A stretch of 64,000 nt of DNA from assembly GCA_965220195.1 (NCBI GenBank), contig CBDCPK010000005.1, positions 899,704 through 963,703 on the forward strand, read 5' to 3'. This document shows positions 1 to 9,229 of the stretch, piece after piece (position 1 is the stretch's first letter; every line of letters begins with the position of its first letter). Source of the DNA: an uncultured Candidatus Binatia bacterium. GTDB taxonomy: Bacteria > Desulfobacterota > Binatia > Bin18. The notes below the pieces were generated by a model. It was not told where the DNA came from. It searched no databases and was given only the letters and a program-made list of their open reading frames with translations. The position numbers were made by a program, and so were the translations under genes.

Positions 1-813
1 GTGTAAAAACTCGCGGACCACGCCGATAAATCCGTCCGGATTATCGAGCATGACGTGATGGTAGGTGTTCGGCACCTCGACCCAGCAACTGTTGGGCAGA
101 CCGGCACACATCCGTTCCAGTTTTTTCGACGTGAGGACCGGGCTATGCTGTGCCTTCACAATCAGGGTGGGACAGCTGATATGCGGGAGCAAAGACCAGC
201 CATTGATAGGTTCCCGAAAGAGGGTGCGGCGGTCAAGCTTGGCCGTCCATTTCCCGTTCGGGAGTTCGGTAAAGGCAAAAGAGGCCAGGTAACGCAGCTT
301 GTCCTCCGAGACCAGAGACTCGCGCGGGAAGACGCGGAAGCGCGCAATGGCTTGCTGAAATGAGTCAAAGACTTTAGCTGGCTTTTCCCCCATGCGGCGT
401 AGGAGTTTGACTGCCGCTTCAGGGTATCCAGGCTCGATATCGACCAGAATCAAGGCGTCGAGCGCCTGGGCGTGCTCGGCTGCATAGATGAGGGTATTAT
501 GCCCGCCCATTGAGTGGCCCAGCAGCACATGGCGTTCGATACCCAGGGTGTGGACCAGTTGATGAAGATCGTCGACATAGTGCCGGGTGCTATAGGCTGG
601 CGGCTCTGCGTGCTGGCTTTCGCCGTGCCCCCGCCAGTCCGGGGCGATCACCCGAAAGGATTCGATAAAGGCCGGTGCAATAAAGTCCCACCAGCGCGCA
701 TGGGCCGACCCGCCATGGCAGAAAATGAACGGGCGCTGGCCCGCTGCCCCCCAGTCGAGGTAGTGCAGGCGCAGATCATTGATCGTGACAAAGTGAGACT
801 GGGGGCGGGACAT
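1..813 (-). CDS. alpha/beta hydrolase fold protein (partial; runs off the window start, no stop codon in window)
   Basis: Reverse-strand translation from the ATG at about 811-813 gives MSRPQSHFVTINDLRLHYLDWG...HGGSAHARWW...GHSMGGH..., 271 codons open to position 1. The HGG and GHSMGG nucleophile-elbow motifs are present. It is missing from the ORF track because there is no stop in the window. Confidence 0.6.
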   Translation of the reverse strand, partial: MSRPQSHFVTINDLRLHYLDWGAAGQRPFIFCHGGSAHARWWDFIAPAFIESFRVIAPDWRGHGESQHAEPPAYSTRHYVDDLHQLVHTLGIERHVLLGHSMGGHNTLIYAAEHAQALDALILVDIEPGYPEAAVKLLRRMGEKPAKVFDSFQQAIARFRVFPRESLVSEDKLRYLASFAFTELPNGKWTAKLDRRTLFREPINGWSLLPHISCPTLIVKAQHSPVLTSKKLERMCAGLPNSCWVEVPNTYHHVMLDNPDGFIGVVREFLH

Positions 814-875
814 GGTGCTGATAACACCGCAGGGGCGCCGCCCCTGCGGTTCTGTGCTCTTCCCGGCGTGCTTTC

Positions 876-3164
876 CTACGCCCCGCTCTTCTCCAGAATC
901 GCTTTTGCCACTCTGGCTGGAGACATGGGCAACTCGGTCATCCGCACCCCGGTTGCTCTGTAAATGGCATTGGCAATCGCAGCGGGTGGCGGGACGATCG
1001 GCACCTCACCGACGCCACGAATACCGATGGGATGGCCGGGATTGGCCACCTCGACCAGAATGGTTTCGATCATGGGCAGATCGAGACAGGTGGGCATGCG
1101 ATAATCCAGAAAGCCGGTATTCCGCATGGTCCCATCCTCAGCGTAAAAATACTCTTCGTTGAGCGCCCAGCCGACCCCTTGGGCCACGCCGCCCTGAATC
1201 TGCCCCTCGACATAGCTGGGATGGACGGCTTTGCCGACATCCTGGGCGGCAGTGTAGCGGAGAATATCGACTTTCCCGGTCTCGGGATCGACTTCCACAT
1301 CAACCACGTGCGCGGCAAAGGCGGGCCCTACCCCGCGTGGCCGGACAGACGCGCGACCCATAACCGGACCACCGGCACGGGGAAACTTGGGAGCGATTTC
1401 CTTCAAGCTCAGGGATTCGTGGCCATTAGTCAGACAGGAGAGCACCCCGTCCTGGTAGGTGACGTCTTCCGGCTTGACCTTCCAGACTGTGGCCGCCCGC
1501 TGCTTCAGTTGTCCGACGGCGTCTTGGGCCGCTTCATACACGGCCAGACCGGTAGCGAAGGTTACCCGACTGCCGCCGGTCGTATCGGTATGGCCAATGG
1601 ATTCCGTGTCTGCGACAACCGGGTGCATGTCTTCCGCCCTGAGTCCCAGGACCTCGGCCGCAATCATGGCGCACGAGGCCCGGCTGCCGCCGATATCGGG
1701 CGAGCCGGTCACCACATTGGCGCTGCCATCGGTGTTAATGCTCACCGTGGCGCTCGACTGAAACGCGGCATTAAACCAAAAGCCAGTGGCAACTCCCCGC
1801 CCGCGGAGTTTTCCGTTTTCACTCTGGGGCGGTGGCGACTGATAGTGCTCGCTGTTGTGAATGGCCTCAACCGTTTCGAGATAACCGATCCGTTTGAATT
1901 GAGGCCCGGCGGGTTGGGCCGTTCCTTCTTTGGCGCCATTGATCCGTCGTATTTCGAGCGGATCAAGCCCCAGCTTTTCCGCCATCTCGTCAAGAATCGT
2001 TTCAGCCGCCAGAGCGGGGTTGGTGGCACCGGGAGCGCGGTAAGCGCACGTCTTGGGCTTGTTTAGCACAACATCGTAGCCGTCGATCTGAAAATTTTCC
2101 AAGTCGTACGGAGCCAGAACGGTCATACAACCAGCCGCCACCGGTGAACCGGGAAAGGCGCCCGCTTCAAACGAGAGTTGGAGTTCGGCTGCCGTGATTT
2201 TACCCTCAAGGTTGACGCCGATCTTGGCGCGGATATGCGAGCCTGGCGTCGGGCCGGTTGCGCGCAGCACCTCGCTCCGAGACATGACCATTTTCACGGG
2301 TCGGCCGGTCAGTTTGGACAGGAGCAGGGCCACCGGTTCCAAATACACCGTGGTCTTGCCGCCAAAGCCACCCCCGATCTCAGCCGGCACGACTTTGATA
2401 TCCCCGCGGTTTATTTGCAGCATGGTGCCGCACAACTCGCGCACGGCAAATGGCCCCTGAGTGCTGACCCAGACCGTGGCCTTACCGTCCTGGTTATACT
2501 GCGCCACCGCGTTATGGGGCTCGATATAGCCCTGATGGACCATGGTGGTTGCAAACTCGCGGTCAATTACGATCTCGGCAGCGGCAAACCCGGCAGCGAG
2601 ATCGCCCCGCGAGAACTGTATATGGTTCGCAATATTGGTTTCTGTGTCATCCCCTGCATCGACTCCGGCGGTCCGCAGGTCCGGGTGGAGAATAACTGCG
2701 TCGTCCCGCATGGCTCCGAGCACGTTCTGGACAAAGGGCAGCGGTTCGTACTCCACTCTGATGAGCTTGAGCGCCTCCTCGGCAACATGTGGGCTGATCG
2801 CCGCAACGGCCGCGACCGCATGACCATCGTACAGGACTTTGCCGCGGGCCATAATGTTCGCAGCTAGGTGACGCGGGTTGACAAAGTTCTCGCCGATTTG
2901 CAGCATCCCCGGTTCAATCTCAGGAAAGTCGGTACCGGTAATGACCGCTTTGACGCCTGGCAGGGCTTGCGCCTCGGAAGTCTCGATGGATTTGATCCGC
3001 GCGTGGGGGTGTGGACTGCGCAGCACTTTCCCGTGCAGGAGACCCGGCAGGGTAATATCCGCTCCATAGCGGGCGCGTCCCGTGACTTTATCAACCCCGT
3101 CGTGCCGAATGGGACGGGTGCCAATCACCTTGAACTGATGCTCGTGTTGGGCTTCCATGTCCAC
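876..3164 (-). CDS. xanthine dehydrogenase family protein, molybdopterin-binding large subunit (CoxL-like paralog 1)
   Basis: 762 aa. N-terminus HQFKVIGTRPIRHDGVDKVTGRARYGADI is typical of aldehyde oxidase/xanthine dehydrogenase Mo-binding subunits. It has an AYRAPGATN loop rather than the form I CODH AYxCSFR motif. Confidence 0.9.
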   Translation of the reverse strand: MDMEAQHEHQFKVIGTRPIRHDGVDKVTGRARYGADITLPGLLHGKVLRSPHPHARIKSIETSEAQALPGVKAVITGTDFPEIEPGMLQIGENFVNPRHLAANIMARGKVLYDGHAVAAVAAISPHVAEEALKLIRVEYEPLPFVQNVLGAMRDDAVILHPDLRTAGVDAGDDTETNIANHIQFSRGDLAAGFAAAEIVIDREFATTMVHQGYIEPHNAVAQYNQDGKATVWVSTQGPFAVRELCGTMLQINRGDIKVVPAEIGGGFGGKTTVYLEPVALLLSKLTGRPVKMVMSRSEVLRATGPTPGSHIRAKIGVNLEGKITAAELQLSFEAGAFPGSPVAAGCMTVLAPYDLENFQIDGYDVVLNKPKTCAYRAPGATNPALAAETILDEMAEKLGLDPLEIRRINGAKEGTAQPAGPQFKRIGYLETVEAIHNSEHYQSPPPQSENGKLRGRGVATGFWFNAAFQSSATVSINTDGSANVVTGSPDIGGSRASCAMIAAEVLGLRAEDMHPVVADTESIGHTDTTGGSRVTFATGLAVYEAAQDAVGQLKQRAATVWKVKPEDVTYQDGVLSCLTNGHESLSLKEIAPKFPRAGGPVMGRASVRPRGVGPAFAAHVVDVEVDPETGKVDILRYTAAQDVGKAVHPSYVEGQIQGGVAQGVGWALNEEYFYAEDGTMRNTGFLDYRMPTCLDLPMIETILVEVANPGHPIGIRGVGEVPIVPPPAAIANAIYRATGVRMTELPMSPARVAKAILEKSGA

Positions 3165-3232
3165 CTCTCGTACACAAAAACGGGGAAGAGCTAACCCGCC
3201 CTTCCCCGTTCAAAAGTTATCGTAATAGCGGT

Positions 3233-3496
3233 TTACCCGCCTCCAATAGCGGGCACAAAATGGATTTCGCCTTCATCTGGAACCGATTCGGTCAACCCTT
3301 CCGTCCCGATCTCTCCGTTGATCGAAACCGCAATGGAGCCAACCAAGTCTCCGTCCTCAACCACACGGCTCCGAAAACCAGGGAACTGGCGTTCGAGGTC
3401 TTCGACTATTTCTCCGACCGTTTTGCCGGTGGCAGTCGTGCGATCTTTGCCACCGGTTAATTTCCGCAGGAGCGAAGGAATATAGACGGTTGCCAT
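3233..3496 (-). CDS. MoaD/ThiS family sulfur-carrier-like protein
   Basis: 87 aa, beta-grasp sized, C-terminus ...FVPAIGGG (Gly-Gly terminus). Embedded between the two CoxL paralogs. Confidence 0.7.
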   Translation of the reverse strand: MATVYIPSLLRKLTGGKDRTTATGKTVGEIVEDLERQFPGFRSRVVEDGDLVGSIAVSINGEIGTEGLTESVPDEGEIHFVPAIGGG

Positions 3497-3580
3497 TTTC
3501 TTGGGGATTGGGGAGCGGGTGTTGGGGATTAGGGAGTTGCGGTCTTCCTAACCCCCAGTCCCCAATCCCTGATCCCCCAT
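3497..3580. repeat. G-run / C-run imperfect palindrome in the MoaD-like to CoxL2 intergenic spacer
   Basis: TTGGGGATTGGGGAGCGGGTGTTGGGGATTAGGGAG...CTAACCCCCAGTCCCCAATCCCTGATCCCCC. The two halves are approximate reverse complements. Multiple GGGG/CCCC runs. Confidence 0.6.
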
Positions 3581-5850
3581 TATCCGTTTTTCTCCAGGAT
3601 CGCCTTGGTCACGCGGGGGGGTGACATTGGCAGGTCCAACATGCGCACGCCGGTTGCGTTATAGATCGCATTGGCGATGGCAGCCGGCGGCGGAACAATA
3701 GGCACTTCGCCCACACCGCGCACACCCACCGGATGACCGGGGTTCGGGACCTCAACCAGGACGGTTTCAATCATGGGTAAATCCAGACAGGTCGGCATCC
3801 GATAATCCAGGAAGCCGGTGTTCTGCATACACCCGTCTTCGCCGTAGACGTATTCCTCGTTGAGCGCCCAGCCGACCCCTTGGGCCACGCCGCCCTGCAT
3901 CTGGCCTTCCACGTAACTGGGATGGACGGCCTTTCCGACGTCTTGGACAGCCGTGTAGCGCAGTACGTCCACCTTGCCGGTTTCCTCGTCCACGGCCACG
4001 TCAACCACATGGGTGGCGAAGCCTGGCCCCACCCCGCGTGGGTTGACGGACGCGCGACCGGCGACCGGACCGCCGGTCCGGGGCAGCTTGCCGGCGAGTT
4101 CTTTGAGGCCCATGGATTCGTTGCCGTTCTCGGTACAGGTGAAGACACCATCCTGAAACACGACTTTATCCGCATCGACCTTCCAGGATTTGGCCGCCCG
4201 CTCCTTGAGTTGCTTCAGCACATCTTGCGCGGCTTCATACACGGCCGTCCCGGTAGCAAAGGTGACCCGGCTGCCGCCGGTCATATCCGTATGGCCAATG
4301 GACTCGGTATCGGCCACGACCGGATGGACTTCTTCTGCCTTGAGGCAGAGCACCTCCGCCGCAATCATGGCGCAGGACGCCCGCGTGCCACCAATATCGG
4401 TCGAACCGGTCACCACATTGGCGGTGCCGTCAGTGTTAATGGCGACGGTCGCGCTGGACTGAAAACCGGCGTTAAACCAGAAGCCCGAGGCCAGGCCCCG
4501 ACCAACCCGGCGGCCTTCAACCTGAGGCAGCTCGGACTTGAAGTGGTCGCTGTCCTTGGCGGCTTCGAGCGTTTCAAGAAAGCCGATCTGGCCAAACTTC
4601 GGACCCGCAGGCTGTGCCGTGCCCTCTTTGGCGCCGTTGATGCGACGGAACTCCAGGGGATCAATCCCCAACTTTTCCGCGAGTTCGTCAATCACCGTCT
4701 CTGATCCCATGGCCGCGTTGGTTGCGCCCGGAGCCCGGTAGGCCGCGGTCTTGGGCTTGTTGACCAACACGTCGTAGCCGTCGATTTGGAGATTCTCGAT
4801 GTCATACGGAGCAATAACGCACATACAGCCCGCGCCAACCGGAGAGCCCGGAAAGCCACCGGCTTCATAGGCCATCCAGACTTCGGCCGCCGTAATCTTG
4901 CCGTCCTTGTCCGCCCCCATCTTCACCTTGATGTGTGAACCAGGGGTCGGTCCGGTAGCTTTGAGCACATCGGCTCGGCTCATGACCATCTTGACCGGCT
5001 TGCCCGTATGCTTTGACAGCATGAGCGCAATCGGCTCGTAATAAATGGGAATCTTGCCCCCAAAGCCGCCGCCGATCTCTGCGGGAATGACCTTGATCTT
5101 GCTCGGCGGCATGTCGAGCACAAAAGCCGTTTGATCCCGGGCCGTAAACGCGCCTTGGGTACTCACCCATATCGTACTCTGCCCGTCCGAACTGTACTGC
5201 GCCACGGCGTTGTGCGGCTCAATATAGCCCTGGTGGACCATGGAGGTGTCAAATTCACGCTCAATGACCACTTCTGCGGCGGCAAAGCCCTCGGCCAAGT
5301 CTCCACGCGCGAACTGAAGGTGGTTGGCGACGTTCGTATCCGTGGGCTCTCCATCCTCGCCCTTGCCCAGGCCGGGGATCAGGATCGGGGCCTTATCATC
5401 CATGGCCTCAACAACGCTCTGCACGTGCGGCAAGACTTCATAGTCAACCTTGATCAGCTTTGCGGCTTCTTCGGCGATATGCGGGCTGGTGGCGGCGACT
5501 GCGGCCACCACATGGCCGTCGTACAGGACCTTGTCTCGGGCGATACAGTTTAGGGACATATGCTGCGGGTTGATCGGCAGTTCACCCATTGCCGCCATAC
5601 CGGGTCCGATCTCCGGAAAGTCCTGGGCGGTGAGGACCGCTTTCACCCCAGGCATGGCCGCGGCGGCTGAGGTGTCGATCGATTTGATTCTGGCGTGAGC
5701 GTGGGGGCTGCGCAGAACCTTGCCGTGCAAGAGGCCGGCCAAACTGATATCGGCACCATACTGGGCCCGACCGGTAACTTTATCGACCCCATCGTGCCGA
5801 ATCGGACGCGTCCCGATGACCTTGAATTTATGTTCTTGTTGGGCTGCCAT
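3580..5850 (-). CDS. xanthine dehydrogenase family protein, molybdopterin-binding large subunit (CoxL-like paralog 2)
   Basis: 756 aa, clearly paralogous to 876..3164 (HKFKVIGTRPIRHDGVDKVTGRAQYGADI...). The start overlaps and is coupled to the upstream small-subunit gene. Confidence 0.9.
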   Translation of the reverse strand: MAAQQEHKFKVIGTRPIRHDGVDKVTGRAQYGADISLAGLLHGKVLRSPHAHARIKSIDTSAAAAMPGVKAVLTAQDFPEIGPGMAAMGELPINPQHMSLNCIARDKVLYDGHVVAAVAATSPHIAEEAAKLIKVDYEVLPHVQSVVEAMDDKAPILIPGLGKGEDGEPTDTNVANHLQFARGDLAEGFAAAEVVIEREFDTSMVHQGYIEPHNAVAQYSSDGQSTIWVSTQGAFTARDQTAFVLDMPPSKIKVIPAEIGGGFGGKIPIYYEPIALMLSKHTGKPVKMVMSRADVLKATGPTPGSHIKVKMGADKDGKITAAEVWMAYEAGGFPGSPVGAGCMCVIAPYDIENLQIDGYDVLVNKPKTAAYRAPGATNAAMGSETVIDELAEKLGIDPLEFRRINGAKEGTAQPAGPKFGQIGFLETLEAAKDSDHFKSELPQVEGRRVGRGLASGFWFNAGFQSSATVAINTDGTANVVTGSTDIGGTRASCAMIAAEVLCLKAEEVHPVVADTESIGHTDMTGGSRVTFATGTAVYEAAQDVLKQLKERAAKSWKVDADKVVFQDGVFTCTENGNESMGLKELAGKLPRTGGPVAGRASVNPRGVGPGFATHVVDVAVDEETGKVDVLRYTAVQDVGKAVHPSYVEGQMQGGVAQGVGWALNEEYVYGEDGCMQNTGFLDYRMPTCLDLPMIETVLVEVPNPGHPVGVRGVGEVPIVPPPAAIANAIYNATGVRMLDLPMSPPRVTKAILEKNG

Positions 5851-5852
5851 GT

Positions 5853-6329
5853 TTACCTCCCTTGCATTTCAGCGGCGGCGTCTTGCACCGCTCTCACGAT
5901 CTTGTCATAGCCCGTGCAGCGGCAGAGATTGCCAGCCAGGGCATAGCGAATTTCATGCTCAGTCGGGTTGGGGTTCCGGTCCAACAGCGCTTTGGACGTG
6001 ACTAAAAATCCGGGGGTGCAGATGCCGCACTGGAGGGCCGCATGTTCCAGGAATTTCTTCTGGAGCGGATGCAGGGTATCTCCGTCGGCCAGGCCTTCGA
6101 CCGTGGTGATATCTTTGCCCTCGGCTTCAACACCGAGCACCAGACAGGAGTCGGTGGGGCGTCCATCCAGAATGACGCTGCACGCACCGCAGTCGCCCGT
6201 CAGACAGCCTTCTTTCGTGCCGGTATAGCCCACGACATCCCGCAGCACTTCAAGCAGGCTCTGACGTGGTTCACACAGGAACTCGGTCTCTTCCCCATTA
6301 ACTGTTGTTTGTACGTGTACTTTCTTCAT
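5853..6329 (-). CDS. (2Fe-2S)-binding small subunit of molybdenum hydroxylase (CoxS-like)
   Basis: 158 aa with a plant-type ferredoxin cysteine pattern (CLTGDCGACSV) and a second cluster motif (QCGICTPG...CRCTGY). Confidence 0.9.
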   Translation of the reverse strand: MKKVHVQTTVNGEETEFLCEPRQSLLEVLRDVVGYTGTKEGCLTGDCGACSVILDGRPTDSCLVLGVEAEGKDITTVEGLADGDTLHPLQKKFLEHAALQCGICTPGFLVTSKALLDRNPNPTEHEIRYALAGNLCRCTGYDKIVRAVQDAAAEMQGR

Positions 6330-6352
6330 GTATGTCCTGCCTTCCCAGTAAC

Positions 6353-7222
6353 CTAGCGTGCCCGCGCCCGCGCGGCTGCTTCCTTCAAAGTGCGGCGGGT
6401 GAGAACACCGACCAGATGCGTCCGAAATTCTGCCGTGCCGCGCATATCACTAATGGGTGAGGCGGCTTGCTGAGCGAGCTGTGCGGCAGCCTCGATAGCG
6501 GCATCGTCCAGCGTTTTCCCGACCAGAGAATCGCCCGCTTCTTTGGCCAACAGTGGCCGGGCGGCAACCGCACCCAGACCGATACGGGCCGCGGTGCAGG
6601 TGTCGCCATCGAGCGCCACACACGAGCCCACGCCAACGACAGCGATATCCATCTCGTTCCGAGGGATAAAACGTTGGTAACAGTCAGACGCCTGCCCCTG
6701 TGGGGCGGGAATCTGGAACGCCACCAGTAACTCGTTCGGGGCGAGTACCGTCTGGCCGGGCGCGGTGACAAAGTCTTCCACTGCCACTTCCCGCGTCCCG
6801 TTGGGTCCGGCGATATGACAGACCGCGTCCAAAGCAATCAGCGCCGGCGTCGTATCTGCGGCGGGGGAGCCATTGCAGACGTTTCCACCTACCGAGGCGC
6901 GCGCCAGGATCTGATCGGAGCCGATCAGCCCGGCAGCCTCAACCAGCCCCGGATAGTGCTGCTGTACGGTCGCGTCGGCAATAATATCGCAGCACGCGCG
7001 CGCGGCTCCGAGTTGGAGTCCGCTTTGCGCGTCAAAAGACAATGCCTGGAGTTCTGGGATCTTTTTGGCGTCTATCACCTGTCCCGGTTGTCGAACACCG
7101 GCACGCATCTGGATAATCAGATCCGTACCGCCTGCCAGCATACGCCCATTTTCGCCCGCCGCCGCCAAAACACTAATGGCCTGATCGAGCGAAGTCGGCG
7201 CTTCATAATTCAGTTCGTGCAA
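6353..7222 (-). CDS. FAD-binding medium subunit of molybdenum hydroxylase (CoxM-like)
   Basis: 289 aa. MHELNYEAPTSLDQAISVLAAAGENGRMLAGGTDLI is typical of FAD-binding PCMH-type subunit M. Confidence 0.85.
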   Translation of the reverse strand: MHELNYEAPTSLDQAISVLAAAGENGRMLAGGTDLIIQMRAGVRQPGQVIDAKKIPELQALSFDAQSGLQLGAARACCDIIADATVQQHYPGLVEAAGLIGSDQILARASVGGNVCNGSPAADTTPALIALDAVCHIAGPNGTREVAVEDFVTAPGQTVLAPNELLVAFQIPAPQGQASDCYQRFIPRNEMDIAVVGVGSCVALDGDTCTAARIGLGAVAARPLLAKEAGDSLVGKTLDDAAIEAAAQLAQQAASPISDMRGTAEFRTHLVGVLTRRTLKEAAARARAR

Positions 7223-7315
7223 GGTCGCCTCCTTTTCCGATTTTGATTCGTCTTCCTGCCTTTCTACAGGCTCCTAGATTGCTATAGAAAAGCGCCAGGA
7301 AGTGCAAGGGTTCCA

Positions 7316-7366
7316 AAGAGTAAACGTGTCAACAGCTTTGTATCTAGGGGGACACGTTTACTCTTT
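7316..7366. repeat. 51-bp palindromic MITE/REP-like element, copy 1 (variant arms)
   Basis: AAAGAGTAAACGTGTCaacagctttgtatctaggGGGACACGTTTACTCTTT, between coxM and mocA. Confidence 0.8.
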
Positions 7367-7379
7367 CAGGCGTTCTGTC

Positions 7380-7979
7380 TTATGTTTTTCGTCCGCCAAC
7401 CCACCGGGCGTACTCCTCAGGCGTATCAATATCGACGCGAATACCGGGGTCGTCGAGCGCAAGCTCACGCACCCGCTCCGGATCTTTGCGGACCACCACC
7501 TTTGCCCCTCTATCCAGCGGGGCCGCCAGAAGCTCTCCGTAGACACCCTTTGAGAACAGCACCGGATGGCCGCGGCGGCCCTGGTAGGACGCAATGACAA
7601 TGGGAAGGGGATCGGTCGCAAACGACGCCATGAGGGCCTGTATGGTCTCAGCTTGGATAAGGGGGTGATCAACCAGATTGACCACTGCGGCCTCGCTCTC
7701 GGGCGACAGGGTCTGAATCCCCACTTGCAGAGAAGAGAGTTGGCCCAGTCGATACTGCGGGTTTACCACGGTCCGCAGAGCCGGATGGTTCGGGACGACC
7801 GCCCGAATCGGTTCTTCGTGCTCATGCGCACCGAGTACAACGATGAGTTCATCGACTCCGGCGCTCAAAAAGCTGGTGCAAATGTTTTCAATAAAGGTTC
7901 GTCCCTGGTAGTCGAGCAGCGCTTTGGGAGATCCCATCCGCCGGGACTCACCAGCGGTCAGGATAATTCCAGAAATCAT
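7380..7979 (-). CDS. mocA: molybdenum cofactor cytidylyltransferase-like nucleotidyltransferase (MocA-like)
   Basis: The ORF track extends it to 8150, but the MocA-like sequence begins at MISGIILTAGESRRMGSPKALL (ATG at 7977-7979). GlmU-type nucleotidyltransferase fold. The call is consistent with its location in the Mo-enzyme cluster. Confidence 0.75.
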   Translation of the reverse strand: MISGIILTAGESRRMGSPKALLDYQGRTFIENICTSFLSAGVDELIVVLGAHEHEEPIRAVVPNHPALRTVVNPQYRLGQLSSLQVGIQTLSPESEAAVVNLVDHPLIQAETIQALMASFATDPLPIVIASYQGRRGHPVLFSKGVYGELLAAPLDRGAKVVVRKDPERVRELALDDPGIRVDIDTPEEYARWVGGRKT

Positions 7980-8007
7980 ACCGCGTGTTCGTTGAGAAAG
8001 AGCGGAC

Positions 8008-9168
8008 TTAGGGCGTAAATTTGAGCGGTCCGTCAGGCCGGACTTTGGCGGCCAGTGAGAGCGTCTCCGCCGGGCCCTTGCGCCGGGCGCGAACGATCTC
8101 GGCCGTAATGGCGACGGCAATCTCCGCCGGTGTTTCTGCCGCAATATCAAGCCCTAGGGGCGTATGTACGCGGGCGACGTCTTCAGGGCTATAGCCTTGT
8201 TCAACCAAGCGTTCGAGGGTCCTTTTTGAGCGCCGCCGGCTACCGATCATGCCAATATAGGCCGGATTTTTTTTGAGTGCGGCCTTGACCGAAGTCTCGT
8301 CCCACACATGGCCGCGTGTGACCACAACGACAAAGGTCTGCCGGTTGATATTCAGGCTGTTCAGGACATCCTCAAACGGTCCGACTCGAACCTCGGCGGC
8401 ACGAGGAAAGCGTTCCCGATTAGCAAAGGCCCAGCGATCGTCCACCACAACGGTATGAAAGCCGAGCATCGCCCCTATCTCGCACAGCGGCTGCGCAATA
8501 TGGCCGGCCCCAACAATGAGCAAGGTCTGCACCCCGGTTTGCACGTCAACGAAAACACGCGGCCAGTCCTCTTTTCGGACAAGCGCGTCTTCCTGGACTT
8601 CACCCTGGGGTGACACGGCAAATAGTTGGGGTTTGCCTGAAGAGACAGATGAGGAAAATGTCTCGACTGTTTCTGCGGTGATTGAGACGGCCGGAGTCAG
8701 AGACGCCCCGCCGTTTCCATCCTGGCCAAGAGACAGGCAGCTTTTTGTTCCGGGTTGGACTCCGCCGAGCGGGTCGAGTGCCGTGACCAGAGCCGCGGGC
8801 TGGTGAGCCCGCGTCGCCTCGGCCAAGGTCTGCGCTAATGCGCGGTGTTCCTCCGGCTGCCAGAGGTCAAGCGCGACATCCATCACCCCACCACAGACCT
8901 GGATCTCGTCCTGATCAAAGTCGCCGGTTAGATCGACCTGCACAATACGCGGGGGAAGTTTCTGGTCCAGCACCGGATAGGCCCGGCGGAGCACCTCTCC
9001 TTCGCCACAGCCCCCGCCAATAGTCCCAAACGGCTGTCCTTCGGGTGGCACGACCATTTTCGCTCCGACCTCACGCGGCACAGAGCCGCGCGTGCGGATA
9101 ATCGTCGCCAACACAAAAGGCTTGCCAGCCGCCAAAATTTCTTCAGCACGTTCCCAGAGATCTTCCAC
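8008..9168 (-). CDS. XdhC/CoxI family molybdenum hydroxylase maturation factor
   Basis: 386 aa. The N-terminal domain (ILAAGKPFVLATIIRTRGSVPREVGAKMVV...GTIGGGCGEGEV) and the C-terminal Rossmann-like domain are typical of XdhC. Confidence 0.8.
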   Translation of the reverse strand: MEDLWERAEEILAAGKPFVLATIIRTRGSVPREVGAKMVVPPEGQPFGTIGGGCGEGEVLRRAYPVLDQKLPPRIVQVDLTGDFDQDEIQVCGGVMDVALDLWQPEEHRALAQTLAEATRAHQPAALVTALDPLGGVQPGTKSCLSLGQDGNGGASLTPAVSITAETVETFSSSVSSGKPQLFAVSPQGEVQEDALVRKEDWPRVFVDVQTGVQTLLIVGAGHIAQPLCEIGAMLGFHTVVVDDRWAFANRERFPRAAEVRVGPFEDVLNSLNINRQTFVVVVTRGHVWDETSVKAALKKNPAYIGMIGSRRRSKRTLERLVEQGYSPEDVARVHTPLGLDIAAETPAEIAVAITAEIVRARRKGPAETLSLAAKVRPDGPLKFTP

Positions 9169-9229
9169 GGCACGAATCCTATCTGAACAGTTGGGGGGAA
9201 AGCAATGGAATACTGTCCGTTTTGCGAGC

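Noticed and set aside
1032-2066. 344-aa plus-strand ORF, and similar long ORFs at 3880..4704, 16252..16686, 18817..19542, 19780..20325, 41508..42410, 53189..53830, 53371..53964, 60295..61164, 61571..62323 and 55510..56058
   Set aside because: All lie antisense to or out of frame within strongly supported genes (CoxL, MMPL, BVMO, transposase, purH, purD, TauD). Their products are Arg/Gly/Pro-rich low-complexity sequences typical of shadow ORFs in high-GC DNA.
3497-3580. CRISPR-like or tandem repeat array in the MoaD-CoxL2 spacer
   Set aside because: The GGGGATT-type runs are irregular in spacing and mirrored by their reverse complement. It is a palindrome or hairpin, not a repeat-spacer array.
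876-5850. Calling the two large subunits aerobic CO dehydrogenase (form I CoxL)
   Set aside because: The diagnostic active-site loop AYxCSFR is absent. Both proteins read ...AYRAPGATN... at that position, so only the general xanthine-dehydrogenase-family call is supportable.
7380-8150. 256-aa ORF-track model for the MocA-like gene
   Set aside because: The first 57 residues (MILRQKHRRRLPSPLRPRSF...) are Arg/Pro-rich, non-homologous, and would overlap the XdhC gene end region. The MocA-like sequence starts at the internal Met (MISGIILTAG), ATG at 7977-7979.
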